Source: an uncultured delta proteobacterium
GTDB taxonomy: Bacteria > Desulfobacterota > Desulfobacteria > Desulfobacterales > JAFDCJ01
Assembly (NCBI GenBank): GCA_963769935.1
Contig: CAVYNY010000010.1
Location: 448,001-512,000 of the forward strand
DNA length: 64,000 bases
Reading direction: 5' to 3'
Notes under the pieces: model-generated
What the model was told of the DNA's origin: nothing
Databases searched by the model: none
The model's input: only the letters and a program-made list of their open reading frames with translations
Program-made: the position numbers and the translations under genes
In this document: in pieces, positions 40,470 to 49,356 of the stretch
Position numbering within the stretch: position 1 is the first letter of the stretch
Layout: every line of letters begins with the position of its first letter

Positions 40470-41216
40470 TCACCGCGTCATCAGCGCGAACACACCCCAG
40501 CCCAGGTATTCACGCGTGTAAGCGGCGTAGCGCTCGGGTTCCGAGGTCAGTTTGGCTCGAACATCTTTCGCGAACTCGTCGTCGGGATTGGCTTCAAGCC
40601 ATCGGCGCATGGTGAGCCACTTGGCCGCCTCGTATCTGTCCCAGCCGTCTTGGTCTGCCAGAACCATTTCCACGACGTCGTAGCCGAGGTGGCCGAAAGA
40701 CGCGAGAAGTTCTGGAAGCATGAGAAAGTCGGAGATTGAGCCGGCAAGACACCCCTTGGCAACATCTTCCGTCGGCGGTAACTGCCGCCAGTAGGGCTCG
40801 CCGATGAGGATGATCCCTCCGGTGCGGAGGCTCTGCGCCAGAAGCTCGATGGTGCCGACGACTCCCCCAGCGATCCACGTGGCACCGAGACAGGCTGCCA
40901 CACCGGCCTTCTCGTCAGAGACGTAGCCGGCAGCATCGCCATGGATGAACTTGACTTGATCGGCGACGCCGAGTTCTTCAGCGCGGAGTTTCGCTTGCTC
41001 GGTGAACAACTGGCTCATGTCGATGCCGGTGCCGATGACTCCGTAATCGCGTGCCCAGGTGCACAGCATCTCCCCCGAACCGCTGCCGAGGTCGAGCACT
41101 CGGGTCCCCGTTTCCAGACGCAGCGCCGCGCCGAGAGTGGCGAGCTTTTCGGGTGTGAACGGGTTATGGATGCGGTGAGCACTTTCGGTGATGTTGAAGA
41201 TCCGTGGAATGTCCAT
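40470..41216 (-). CDS. yjhP: Class I SAM-dependent methyltransferase, YjhP-like
   Basis: MDIPRIF..HRIHNPFT..VLDLGSGSGEMLCTWARD..WDRYEAAKWLTMRRWL; 248 aa. Confidence 0.9.
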   Translation of the reverse strand: MDIPRIFNITESAHRIHNPFTPEKLATLGAALRLETGTRVLDLGSGSGEMLCTWARDYGVIGTGIDMSQLFTEQAKLRAEELGVADQVKFIHGDAAGYVSDEKAGVAACLGATWIAGGVVGTIELLAQSLRTGGIILIGEPYWRQLPPTEDVAKGCLAGSISDFLMLPELLASFGHLGYDVVEMVLADQDGWDRYEAAKWLTMRRWLEANPDDEFAKDVRAKLTSEPERYAAYTREYLGWGVFALMTR

Positions 41217-41258
41217 TGCGGAAAATCTCCTTACGGGTGTGAATAGATTCGGTCACGG

Positions 41259-41381
41259 CACTAACGCGGCCATCTCCAGTGCGCAGGGTGAACGGGCCTT
41301 TACAAATGGCAATTAAACACAAAATTTGAAAAAGCTCAAAACGCCACGACCCTGCCCATCTGGTGCATGGTGTTGTTCGCT
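41259..41381 (-). other. Integron attC site (123 bp)
   Basis: Minus strand: AGCGAAC just after a TAA, L'' CCATGCACCAG, stem GCAGGGT/ACCCTGC, L' CTGGAGATGG, R' GTTAGTG; extra G in L''. Confidence 0.75.
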
Positions 41382-41387
41382 TCCTTC

Positions 41388-41588
41388 TTAGAAAACACTG
41401 TCAAGTTGAACATCCGATGAACATGTAAAGTCAAGTAGCTCTGCATAAGCATCAACTACAGACTTCCCTCCCGACATTATACGGATCAAATCGTCAACCC
41501 TAAATTTATGAAACGTTGACCGGCGTGGATTAAAAAAGCCCGCGTATTGCCATGGTACATTATTAGCAATGCTACCAAGTGCCTCCAT
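41388..41588 (-). pseudogene. 3' fragment of a cassette gene
   Basis: ORF ends 6 nt before the attC R'' box; 5' part is cut at the palindrome 41587-41618. Confidence 0.45.
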
Positions 41589-41618
41589 TGGGGTCGCCCA
41601 TTAAAGGGCGACCCCAAT
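41587..41618. repeat. REP-like perfect palindrome
   Basis: ATTGGGGTCGCCC-attaaa-GGGCGACCCCAAT, 13-bp perfect stem. Confidence 0.75.
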
Positions 41619-41860
41619 AGATACTCATGGTAGTCTCCTATCATTGAAAGCCCGGCCCTGTGGCTCAGGTTTTCAATGTTAAAACAAAAAACCCCACATC
41701 TCAAACTGAGAGCGGGGCTTTATTCATAATGAACCATGCTGATCCTCCCTTAAGGGCTTAAGGAGCGGAACAAGTTTCAAATGATTTTAGTATACCGGTA
41801 ATGCTTGGCGATGTAAATAGCCGATTAAGGTTCAACAGCAATTCTGAATGAAAGGCGTGC

Positions 41861-43120
41861 CTATTGCTCAACCGAATAGGGATTTAGAAACTGCCGTCTC
41901 CAAAGAAGTTTCTTATCCACTTCATTCAGCTCAGCTTCTTCACAGACGGTTTCCCAATGCTGTTCGATAGCGGCAGTCAGGCGACCGAATGTTTCGCGGG
42001 CTTCTTCCTCGGAAAGAAGGAAGTTGTGCGCGGTCTCGAGGCACGTTTTTAGTCGGCTCAGATTGTTGTCGCCGGAGATGAGCATGGCTTGTGAAGCCTC
42101 ATTGCCTGTGCGGCCTTGCGGACAAATGTCATAAGCAGGCGTCAGGGTCAGCGCTTTGCCGTCCCAAAACGCCGCATGGTTTCGCGCATGATCGTCGGTA
42201 TTGCCGCACAGGATATTGAAGACCAGCCGGGAGAACAGCTCTTTCAGGGTATGCTTCGGATCGGTAAAACGGTGGCGGATAATTTCGGATAAAGTTTCAT
42301 AGCTGGCGTACCGCGCCATCATGTCATCCAAGCCAAGCAGGGTCAGAGCGGAGACCATGGCCTTGCGTGCCCACTTATCACCTTTTGGCACGCGGTCAAA
42401 GCGCTCGATCAGGAGTACGTCTTTGTTTGCCGCTTTGGCCAGTTTGACCGGCGCAGCATTCAGCCCGGCCAATTCAGCCAACCGCATGGCGATGAATTCG
42501 GCTTTAACGACGCTGTACAGATCGGTGCCGGAAGAAAACTTGGCCACGTATTTTTTGCCTTGGTCTTGAATTAAGGCTTTCGGACGGGCACCGCCGATTG
42601 AGGTGCCATGGAACAACGCCTGATCCAGCTCCGGTGTGAGGGGGATGCCTTTTTCGACCCGTTCGGCGGATTCCATCAATTCTACCAGGCTGACGTTATT
42701 AGCGGTGCGCGGCACGTACTCTGCAGGGGAGCGCTGAAAATCGAGCGCACCAATCCGGTCCGAGCCGGACTCCAGCAAGTAGGTCAGTTCATCCAGCTCG
42801 GCTGTATCGGTACCTGCGCCCTTAAGCCCCAGTTTTTTGTTGATGATCACACGCCGGCCCCACGCATCGGGCGCGGCATCCCTGATACAGCCCGGCATGG
42901 TCAAGCCCTCGGACAAGGGCAGCAGCCCGGCCTTTAGCGGCAATTCGGGTTCGTAAATCGCAATCGCAGGTTTGCTGTCATGGATACGATCCAGATAGCT
43001 TTTGCCGTAGTTGAACAGTATATTGCCGGCATCGGCTTCAAGCCGTCCGGCCACGACAGGCTCGGTTTCGTCCGGCAGCCATATCCAGACAAAGGCTTCT
43101 TTCTCCGTCTTAGAAGTCAT
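41861..43120 (-). CDS. hipA: HipA-family kinase toxin
   Basis: DAAPDAWG, DRIGALDF, SIGGARPKA, LLIERFDR, GNTDDHARN, LTPAYD; true start MTSKTE at 43120. Confidence 0.92.
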   Translation of the reverse strand: MTSKTEKEAFVWIWLPDETEPVVAGRLEADAGNILFNYGKSYLDRIHDSKPAIAIYEPELPLKAGLLPLSEGLTMPGCIRDAAPDAWGRRVIINKKLGLKGAGTDTAELDELTYLLESGSDRIGALDFQRSPAEYVPRTANNVSLVELMESAERVEKGIPLTPELDQALFHGTSIGGARPKALIQDQGKKYVAKFSSGTDLYSVVKAEFIAMRLAELAGLNAAPVKLAKAANKDVLLIERFDRVPKGDKWARKAMVSALTLLGLDDMMARYASYETLSEIIRHRFTDPKHTLKELFSRLVFNILCGNTDDHARNHAAFWDGKALTLTPAYDICPQGRTGNEASQAMLISGDNNLSRLKTCLETAHNFLLSEEEARETFGRLTAAIEQHWETVCEEAELNEVDKKLLWRRQFLNPYSVEQ

Positions 43121-43451
43121 CGCGCACCGCTTTGGATTTCCTGCGAACAGACTTTGGCAGAAGCGCCAGCTTTTCCCTGGTTTGGCGCAGGTATTTCGGC
43201 AGCGTGCTTTCATCGGCATCAAACAGCTTGACGCCGACAATGGCGGCCGCTTCGAACACGGCTCCGATTTCGCATTTGAGGTTGCCTTTTTCGATGCGTT
43301 GCAGCAGTCCTCTGGAAATACCGGCGCGGTCGGCCAATTCCTGCGCGGTGAGCTTGCGCTCATTGCGCGCTTCGCGGATCAACGCGCCGAGCAAGGTGGC
43401 CGCATCGCGGCTATAGCGTGAGTAGGTGCGTGGGATGGACTTTGGCATCAT
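43110..43451 (-). CDS. HipB-like XRE/HTH antitoxin
   Basis: LIREARNERKLTAQELADRAGISRGLLQRIEKG; overlaps the hipA start. Confidence 0.88.
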   Translation of the reverse strand: MMPKSIPRTYSRYSRDAATLLGALIREARNERKLTAQELADRAGISRGLLQRIEKGNLKCEIGAVFEAAAIVGVKLFDADESTLPKYLRQTREKLALLPKSVRRKSKAVRDDF

Positions 43452-43755
43452 TCTCCATTTGGTTCGCATATAGACCATGAAACCTGTTAAAGATCTTTCT
43501 GTGAACCACAGGTAATAAATATTCATCAGCTTGTCAAGACAAAATTTGTCTGTATATAGACCGCATGATGCTCTTATGGGCTATATGGGGACCATTTTCT
43601 TAACAATTTGTATCATTTGAAATCAGAAGGCGAATGCGATTTGAGGTGACAGTAAATAGCTATCGCCGGATTTTAAACCATTTTTTTTTCAGTTTACAGA
43701 AAGCCATCTGATAGATTCAAGGGCGAGCAAGTGATTAAATGGAATGTTGGAAGGG

Positions 43756-43870
43756 GAAAATATCAAAAATATCGGCAAAAATATCGGAAAAATATCGGGG
43801 TCGCATCTCAAATATTAATGTTGATTTCGAATATTTAATATTTGAGATGTGACCTATTCCTTTCCCTTTT
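43756..43870. repeat. REP-like hairpin with stuttered flank
   Basis: AAAATATC(GG) x4, then GGTCGCATCTCAAATATTAA / TTAATATTTGAGATGTGACC (19/20 stem), then a TTCC-rich tail. Confidence 0.7.
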
Positions 43871-43882
43871 ATCCCGTCTGGT

Positions 43883-44275
43883 TTATTCGTTTGCTACGTT
43901 AATGGTGTGGTTATTAAGCCACTCTAAAAAGCTTGCCCTTGACATCTTTCCGGCAGCAAGTGAGAGCATAATGCTCTCTTGTTCATCAACACCGGCATAT
44001 ATCTCATAACCATTCAGAATTAGAAATGTCTCCATGGCAGCATGGCCTGCTCTTTTATTGCCATCGACAAAAGGGTGGTTCATCACCAATGAAAAGCAGA
44101 GAGCGGCTGCTTTTGTTATGATATCAGGGTAAAGGTCTTTTTGATCAAATGTCTGGCGAGGTTGGTTGATGGCAGATTCTAGTGCATTTAAATCGCGAAC
44201 GCCACGAGAACCTCCGGTTGTGGAAATGATCCGATCATGAAGTTCAAAAACTTCCGAAATGGAAAGATAGCGCAT
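43883..44275 (-). CDS. doc: Doc/Fic toxin
   Basis: HPFVDGNKRAG Fic motif; LYPDIITKAAAL. Confidence 0.93.
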   Translation of the reverse strand: MRYLSISEVFELHDRIISTTGGSRGVRDLNALESAINQPRQTFDQKDLYPDIITKAAALCFSLVMNHPFVDGNKRAGHAAMETFLILNGYEIYAGVDEQESIMLSLAAGKMSRASFLEWLNNHTINVANE

Positions 44276-44472
44276 TAGGCCAGCCGCTCATAAAGTTCCT
44301 TGTTTTTAGTTAAAACCTTGCGAACTGCCTCTTCAAAATCCGGCTCAGGCCGTGAAATTAGATCCTCGATTGAAGCTGATACAAACTGTTCAGGTAATAG
44401 CCCGAATTTTTTCGCTTTGTGTTCAAGAATAGCGGCTTTATTATCATCGATTTCAACTATGATTCTGGTCAT
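44275..44472 (-). CDS. Doc-associated antitoxin
   Basis: 65 aa ending KNKELYERLA; TAATG coupling to doc. Confidence 0.85.
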   Translation of the reverse strand: MTRIIVEIDDNKAAILEHKAKKFGLLPEQFVSASIEDLISRPEPDFEEAVRKVLTKNKELYERLA

Positions 44473-44672
44473 GGCATATCCTTTAAGCTTTCAATATACA
44501 TGCAAAATACAACATAATTGAAGAATTCTCAAGGGTAATTACGATTTCGCCGGAGCTGGACGACGGCGGATCTCCCGATGGGCAAAGAGAGGCAGCGCAG
44601 TGTCCTCCGTGTCTCAAGGTAAAGTTAGGCGATGTAAATAGCCGATAAAGGGAAAGCGTGAGCACGATGCCT

Positions 44673-46157
44673 TTAAGGCGCCGCAACGGTTGCAGTTGTA
44701 ACCGGCACTCCGCCGTGCACCGCCTGGTTATCTTCCGTTGATGCGACCGGATCGGCGCCTCCGCCCAGCACCGCATAGAGCTGCACCTGGTTGGCCAGCT
44801 TTGCGAGGCGGATGATGATAAGTTCTTCCCGCGCAATGTACAAAGAACGTTGCGCGTCCAGCACGTTCAGGTAGATGTCGATCCCCTTTTCGTAGCGGGC
44901 ATTGGATAGCCGGTAGGCTTCCGCGGTGGCCTTCACCAGAGATTGCTGCGCCGCCATTTGATCTCCCAGGGTCCCCTTTCTGGCAAGCGCATCGGCAACC
45001 TCTCGGAATGCCGTCTGAATCGCCCCTTCGTATTGCGCCACGGCGATCTGCCTTTCCACCTTGGTTGCCTTCAGGGCCGGCCACAGGCGGGCGTCGAAAA
45101 CGGGCATAACGATCCGGCCGGCGTAATTCCAGCCAAAGGAGCCGGATTCGAAGAGACTCGACAGATCGGGGCTGGTCGTGCCTACGGCGGTCGTGAGGGA
45201 AATGGTGGGGAAGAAGGCGGCCCGGGCAGCACCGATATTGGCGTCGGCGGCCTTGAGCAGGTCTTCCGCCTGAATAATATCCGGGCGGCGCAGCAGGACC
45301 TCGGAAGACGTCCCGGGCGAAACGTCGGGCAGCGGTGCGATGGCGCTCAAGGTTCCGGGCAGCAGATCGGCCGGCACGGCTGAGCCCGCCAGCAGGTTCA
45401 AGGCGTTTTCATCCTGCGCCGCCAGATCCGTGAAGCGGGCGACGTCCACCCGCGCCGCATCCACTCGCGTTTGCGCCTGGCGGACATCGAGCTCGTTCGT
45501 TATCCCGACCTCAAAGCGCCGTCGAATCAAATTGTAGGCGGCCTGCTGGGACTCGAGGGTGGACTGCGCAAGTTGGATGCTCTCCCGGTCCGCGGCCAGC
45601 GTCAGGTAGACATTGGCAATTTCGGACACCAGCAGGATCTGGGCGCTGCGCCGCGCCTGTTCCGTGGCGAGGTATTGCTCCAGGGCACTTCTTGTCAGGC
45701 TCCGGATGCGGCCGAAAAAGTCAATCTCCCAGGCGCTGATGCCCAGATTGGCGCTGTACTGCTCCGCGGTCCTCGAATGCCCCGTACCGGTAACGCCGGC
45801 GGACAAGTGTTCCTTGAGGCCGCTGCCGGTCGCATTGACCGTCGGTAAAATCTCGGCGCGCTGGATGCCGTAGAATGCGCGCGCCCGCTCCACATTCAAG
45901 GCCGCTACCCGCAGATCACGGTTGTTGGTCAAGGCCGTCGCGATGATGACCTGCAGTGGTTGATCCGTAAAGAACTCCTGCCATTGCAGATCGGGGGCAA
46001 GCGGGGAGCCCTGCAGGGAGGCGGTCTCCCGGTACGCCGGGCCGCTCGGCCAGGCGGCGGGAACCGGGGCCTCGGGCCGCTTGTATTCCGGTATCATGGT
46101 GCAGCCGGAGAGCAAAAGGGCCGCTGCTGCCAGGAGTGAAAGAATCTTGCCGGTCAT
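44673..46157 (-). CDS. NodT/OprM-type outer-membrane efflux lipoprotein
   Basis: Lipobox LLSG-C; ALTNNRDLRVA; WEIDFFGR; RRPDI; start at 46157. Confidence 0.93.
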   Translation of the reverse strand: MTGKILSLLAAAALLLSGCTMIPEYKRPEAPVPAAWPSGPAYRETASLQGSPLAPDLQWQEFFTDQPLQVIIATALTNNRDLRVAALNVERARAFYGIQRAEILPTVNATGSGLKEHLSAGVTGTGHSRTAEQYSANLGISAWEIDFFGRIRSLTRSALEQYLATEQARRSAQILLVSEIANVYLTLAADRESIQLAQSTLESQQAAYNLIRRRFEVGITNELDVRQAQTRVDAARVDVARFTDLAAQDENALNLLAGSAVPADLLPGTLSAIAPLPDVSPGTSSEVLLRRPDIIQAEDLLKAADANIGAARAAFFPTISLTTAVGTTSPDLSSLFESGSFGWNYAGRIVMPVFDARLWPALKATKVERQIAVAQYEGAIQTAFREVADALARKGTLGDQMAAQQSLVKATAEAYRLSNARYEKGIDIYLNVLDAQRSLYIAREELIIIRLAKLANQVQLYAVLGGGADPVASTEDNQAVHGGVPVTTATVAAP

Positions 46158-46158
46158 A

Positions 46159-49100
46159 TCAGTGCACCTCCGAAGGAGACACGGCGTCGGAGCCGGACGC
46201 TTGCGTTTGGGTAACCTTCTTCTTCTTCTTTCCAAACAGCTGAACCACCACGACATAAAAGAGCGGAATGAAGGGCGTCGCCAGGAAGGTGGCGGCGATC
46301 ATGCCGCCCAGCACGCCGGTGCCGATGGCCGTTTGCGCTCCGGCGCCGGCCCCGTTGGACAATGCCAGGGGCAGCACGCCGAACCCGAAAGCCAGCGAGG
46401 TCATGACAATCGGGCGCACCCTGAGTTTGGCCCCTTCCAGCGTGGCCTCGATCAACCCGGCTCCCTCCTTGACTTTGGCCATGGCGAACTGCACGATCAA
46501 AATGGCGTTTTTGGTCGTCAGCCCCAGGACCGTGAGAAGTCCGATCTGAAAATAGACATCGTTGGGAAATCCCCGCAGGGAAGAGGCTGCCACGCCGCCG
46601 ATGACCCCCAACGGCAGTGTCAGCAGGATCGCAATGGGAACGGTCCAGCTCTCATAAAGGGCCGCCAGGCAGAGAAAAATCACGATCATGGAAAAGGCGT
46701 AGAGCAGCGTAGTCTGTGACTTTGCCATCCGCTCCTGGTAGGAGAGCCCGGTCCAGTCAAAACCGATGCCCCTGGGCAGCTTGGCGGCGATCTCTTCCAT
46801 GGCCTGCATGGCCTCCCCGGAGCTCTTGCCCGGCGGCGGTTCGCCCCAGATGTTGATCGACGGGAAACTGTTGAAACGCTCGAGCTTCGGCGACCCGTAG
46901 AACCAGTGGCCGCCGGCCAAAGCGGCAAACGGCGTCATCATCCCTTTGCTGTTGCGAACATAGAGCCGCTCCAGGTCCTTCGGAAGCATGCGGTACGGGG
47001 CATCGGCCTGGACGTAAACCCGCTTGACCCGTCCGCCCTGGATGAAATCGTTCACATATGCGCCGCCGAAGGCCGCCGCGATGGTGTTGTGGATGGAGTC
47101 GATCGGAACGCCAAGGGCGCCGGCCTTTTCCCAATCCACATCGATTCGGTATTGGGCCACGTCTTCCAGGCCGTTGGGACGGACGCGGATCAGCCGCGGG
47201 TCCCTGGCCGCCATGCCGAGCAGCTGGTTGCGGGCCGTCATCAGGGCTTCATGTCCCAGCCCGCCGCGGTCCTGCAACTGGAAGTCGAACCCGCCCGCCT
47301 GTCCAAGTTCGAGGACGGCCGGCGGCTGGAATGCGAATACCTGGGCGTTGCGAATCTTCGAAAACTTTCGCATGGCGCGTCCCACCAGGGCATTTACTTT
47401 CAGGTCCGCCCCCTGGCGCAGTTTCCAGTCCTTGAGCTTGACAAATGCCAGCCCGACGTTCTGCCCGGCGCCGGAAAAGCCTCGGCCGGCAAGTGTAAAG
47501 CAGGAGGTCACCGCCTCTTTTTCATCCACCAGAAAATGGCTGCGGACCTGATCCATGACCTGCTCGGTCTGCTCCAGGGTCGAACCGGCCGGCAGCGTCG
47601 CCTGCACGAACATGATGCCCTGATCCTCGCTGGGCAGATAGGCGGTGGGCATTCGCATAAAAAGAAATCCCAGGGCCGCCACGAGCACAAGATAGACAAG
47701 CAGGTACCGGATCTTTCTCCCCAGGATATGGCCGACCATGGCCTGGTACCTGTTCCGGGCCCAACGAAACATCCGGTCGAACCACCGGAAAAAAGGCCGG
47801 AACAGAAAAAAACCGCCTTCTGAGGCCGCATGGCCCTTCGGCACGGGCTTGAGCAGCGATGCGCACAGAACCGGCGTCAGGATCAGAGCGACCACGACCG
47901 AGAGCAGCATGGCGGCAATGACGGTCACGGAAAACTGCCGGTAGATGACACCGGTGGAGCCGCTGAAAAACGCCATGGGGCCGAATACCGCAGAGAGCAC
48001 CAGGCCGATTCCGATCAGGGCGCTGGTGATTTCTCCCATGGACTTGCGGGTTGCCTCCTTGGGCGAGAGCCCTTCCTCGGCCATGACCCGCTCCACGTTT
48101 TCCACCACCACGATGGCATCGTCCACCAGCAGACCGATGGCCAGCACCATCGCGAACATGGTCAGCATGTTGATGGAGAAGCCGAACAATCCCAGGACTG
48201 CGAAGGTTCCCAGCAGCACCACCGGCACCGCCAGGGTTGGAATAAGCGTAGCCCGAATGTTTCCCAGGAAGACATACATCACCAGGAAGACCAGCAGAAT
48301 GGCCTCGAACAGCGTCTTGACCACTTCCTCGATGGCCACCTTCACGAAGGGCGTCGTATCATAGGGGTAAATGACCTTCATGCCGGGGGGAAAGTACTTG
48401 GAGAGCTCCGCCATCTTGGCCTTGACGGCATCGGCGGTCTCCAGTGCATTGGCGCCGGGCGCCTGCCGCACGGCCAGCGCGGCCGAATGTTTGCCGTTGA
48501 AAAGCGTCTGGCTCCCGTAACGCTCGGTGCCCAACTCGGTGCGGCCCACATCCCGCACGCGCACGATGGAGCCGTCAGGATTGGTGCGCAGCGGAATGGC
48601 GGCGAACTCCTCCGGGCTCTTGAGCAGATTCTGGACGATAATGGAAGCGTTCAACCGTTGGGATTCCACCGCCGGCGCCCCGCCGAACTGGCCGGCGGAC
48701 ACCTCCACATTGTAAGCCCGCAGACTGCGGATGACATCTTCCATCGTCAGCCGGTAATCGGCCAGTTTGTCCGGATTCAACCAGACACGCATGGCATACT
48801 GGGAGCTGAAGACTTCGACTTCACCAACCCCCGGCACCCGCGCCAGCACCTGCTGGATGCTGGATTGGGCGTAGTCCCCCAGATCATAGTCATCCATGCT
48901 GTCGTCTTCCGAGGTCAGCCCCACGATGATCAGCCAGTTGCGGGTCGACTTGCTGACCTTGACACCCTGGCTCTGCACCACCACGGGCAAACTCGCCATG
49001 GCGAGCTGGAGTTTATTCTGCACCTGAGCCCAGGCGAGGTCCGGATCGGTCCCGGGAGCAAAGGTGAGCTCGATCCGCCCGGCGCCGGACGCGTCACTGG

Positions 49101-49344
49101 TGGCCGACATATACAGCAACTTGTCGAATCCGGTCATCTTCTGCTCGATGATCTGAACCACGCTGTCTTCCACCGTCTGCGCCGAGGCGCCGGGATAAAA
49201 TGCGTCAATCGCGATGGAAGGCGGGGCGATGGGCGGATACTGGGATATGGGCAGATTGTGAATCGCCAGCCCGCCGGCCAGCATCATGATGATGGCGATA
49301 ACCCACGCGAAGACCGGGCGATCCAGAAAGAAGTTCGATAACAT
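46159..49344 (-). CDS. acrB: HAE1 RND efflux transporter
   Basis: FFLDRPVFAWV, GLLVDDAIVVVENVER, KNAILIV, RVRPIVMTS. Confidence 0.95.
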   Translation of the reverse strand: MLSNFFLDRPVFAWVIAIIMMLAGGLAIHNLPISQYPPIAPPSIAIDAFYPGASAQTVEDSVVQIIEQKMTGFDKLLYMSATSDASGAGRIELTFAPGTDPDLAWAQVQNKLQLAMASLPVVVQSQGVKVSKSTRNWLIIVGLTSEDDSMDDYDLGDYAQSSIQQVLARVPGVGEVEVFSSQYAMRVWLNPDKLADYRLTMEDVIRSLRAYNVEVSAGQFGGAPAVESQRLNASIIVQNLLKSPEEFAAIPLRTNPDGSIVRVRDVGRTELGTERYGSQTLFNGKHSAALAVRQAPGANALETADAVKAKMAELSKYFPPGMKVIYPYDTTPFVKVAIEEVVKTLFEAILLVFLVMYVFLGNIRATLIPTLAVPVVLLGTFAVLGLFGFSINMLTMFAMVLAIGLLVDDAIVVVENVERVMAEEGLSPKEATRKSMGEITSALIGIGLVLSAVFGPMAFFSGSTGVIYRQFSVTVIAAMLLSVVVALILTPVLCASLLKPVPKGHAASEGGFFLFRPFFRWFDRMFRWARNRYQAMVGHILGRKIRYLLVYLVLVAALGFLFMRMPTAYLPSEDQGIMFVQATLPAGSTLEQTEQVMDQVRSHFLVDEKEAVTSCFTLAGRGFSGAGQNVGLAFVKLKDWKLRQGADLKVNALVGRAMRKFSKIRNAQVFAFQPPAVLELGQAGGFDFQLQDRGGLGHEALMTARNQLLGMAARDPRLIRVRPNGLEDVAQYRIDVDWEKAGALGVPIDSIHNTIAAAFGGAYVNDFIQGGRVKRVYVQADAPYRMLPKDLERLYVRNSKGMMTPFAALAGGHWFYGSPKLERFNSFPSINIWGEPPPGKSSGEAMQAMEEIAAKLPRGIGFDWTGLSYQERMAKSQTTLLYAFSMIVIFLCLAALYESWTVPIAILLTLPLGVIGGVAASSLRGFPNDVYFQIGLLTVLGLTTKNAILIVQFAMAKVKEGAGLIEATLEGAKLRVRPIVMTSLAFGFGVLPLALSNGAGAGAQTAIGTGVLGGMIAATFLATPFIPLFYVVVVQLFGKKKKKVTQTQASGSDAVSPSEVH

Positions 49345-49356
49345 GGTGGCCCTCCG

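Noticed and set aside
43121..43363. N-terminal extension of HipA in the ORF track
   Set aside because: Shadow frame of the HTH antitoxin gene; HipA-like sequence begins at 43120.
44537..44630. Possible attC upstream of the Doc antitoxin (GCCTAAC on the minus strand)
   Set aside because: No matching GTT core site or L-box pairing found.
47830..49341. Long antisense ORFs (503 aa here; also 37639-38727, 49519-50598, 58950-60230)
   Set aside because: Mirror frames of GC-rich genes, with no motifs or RBS.
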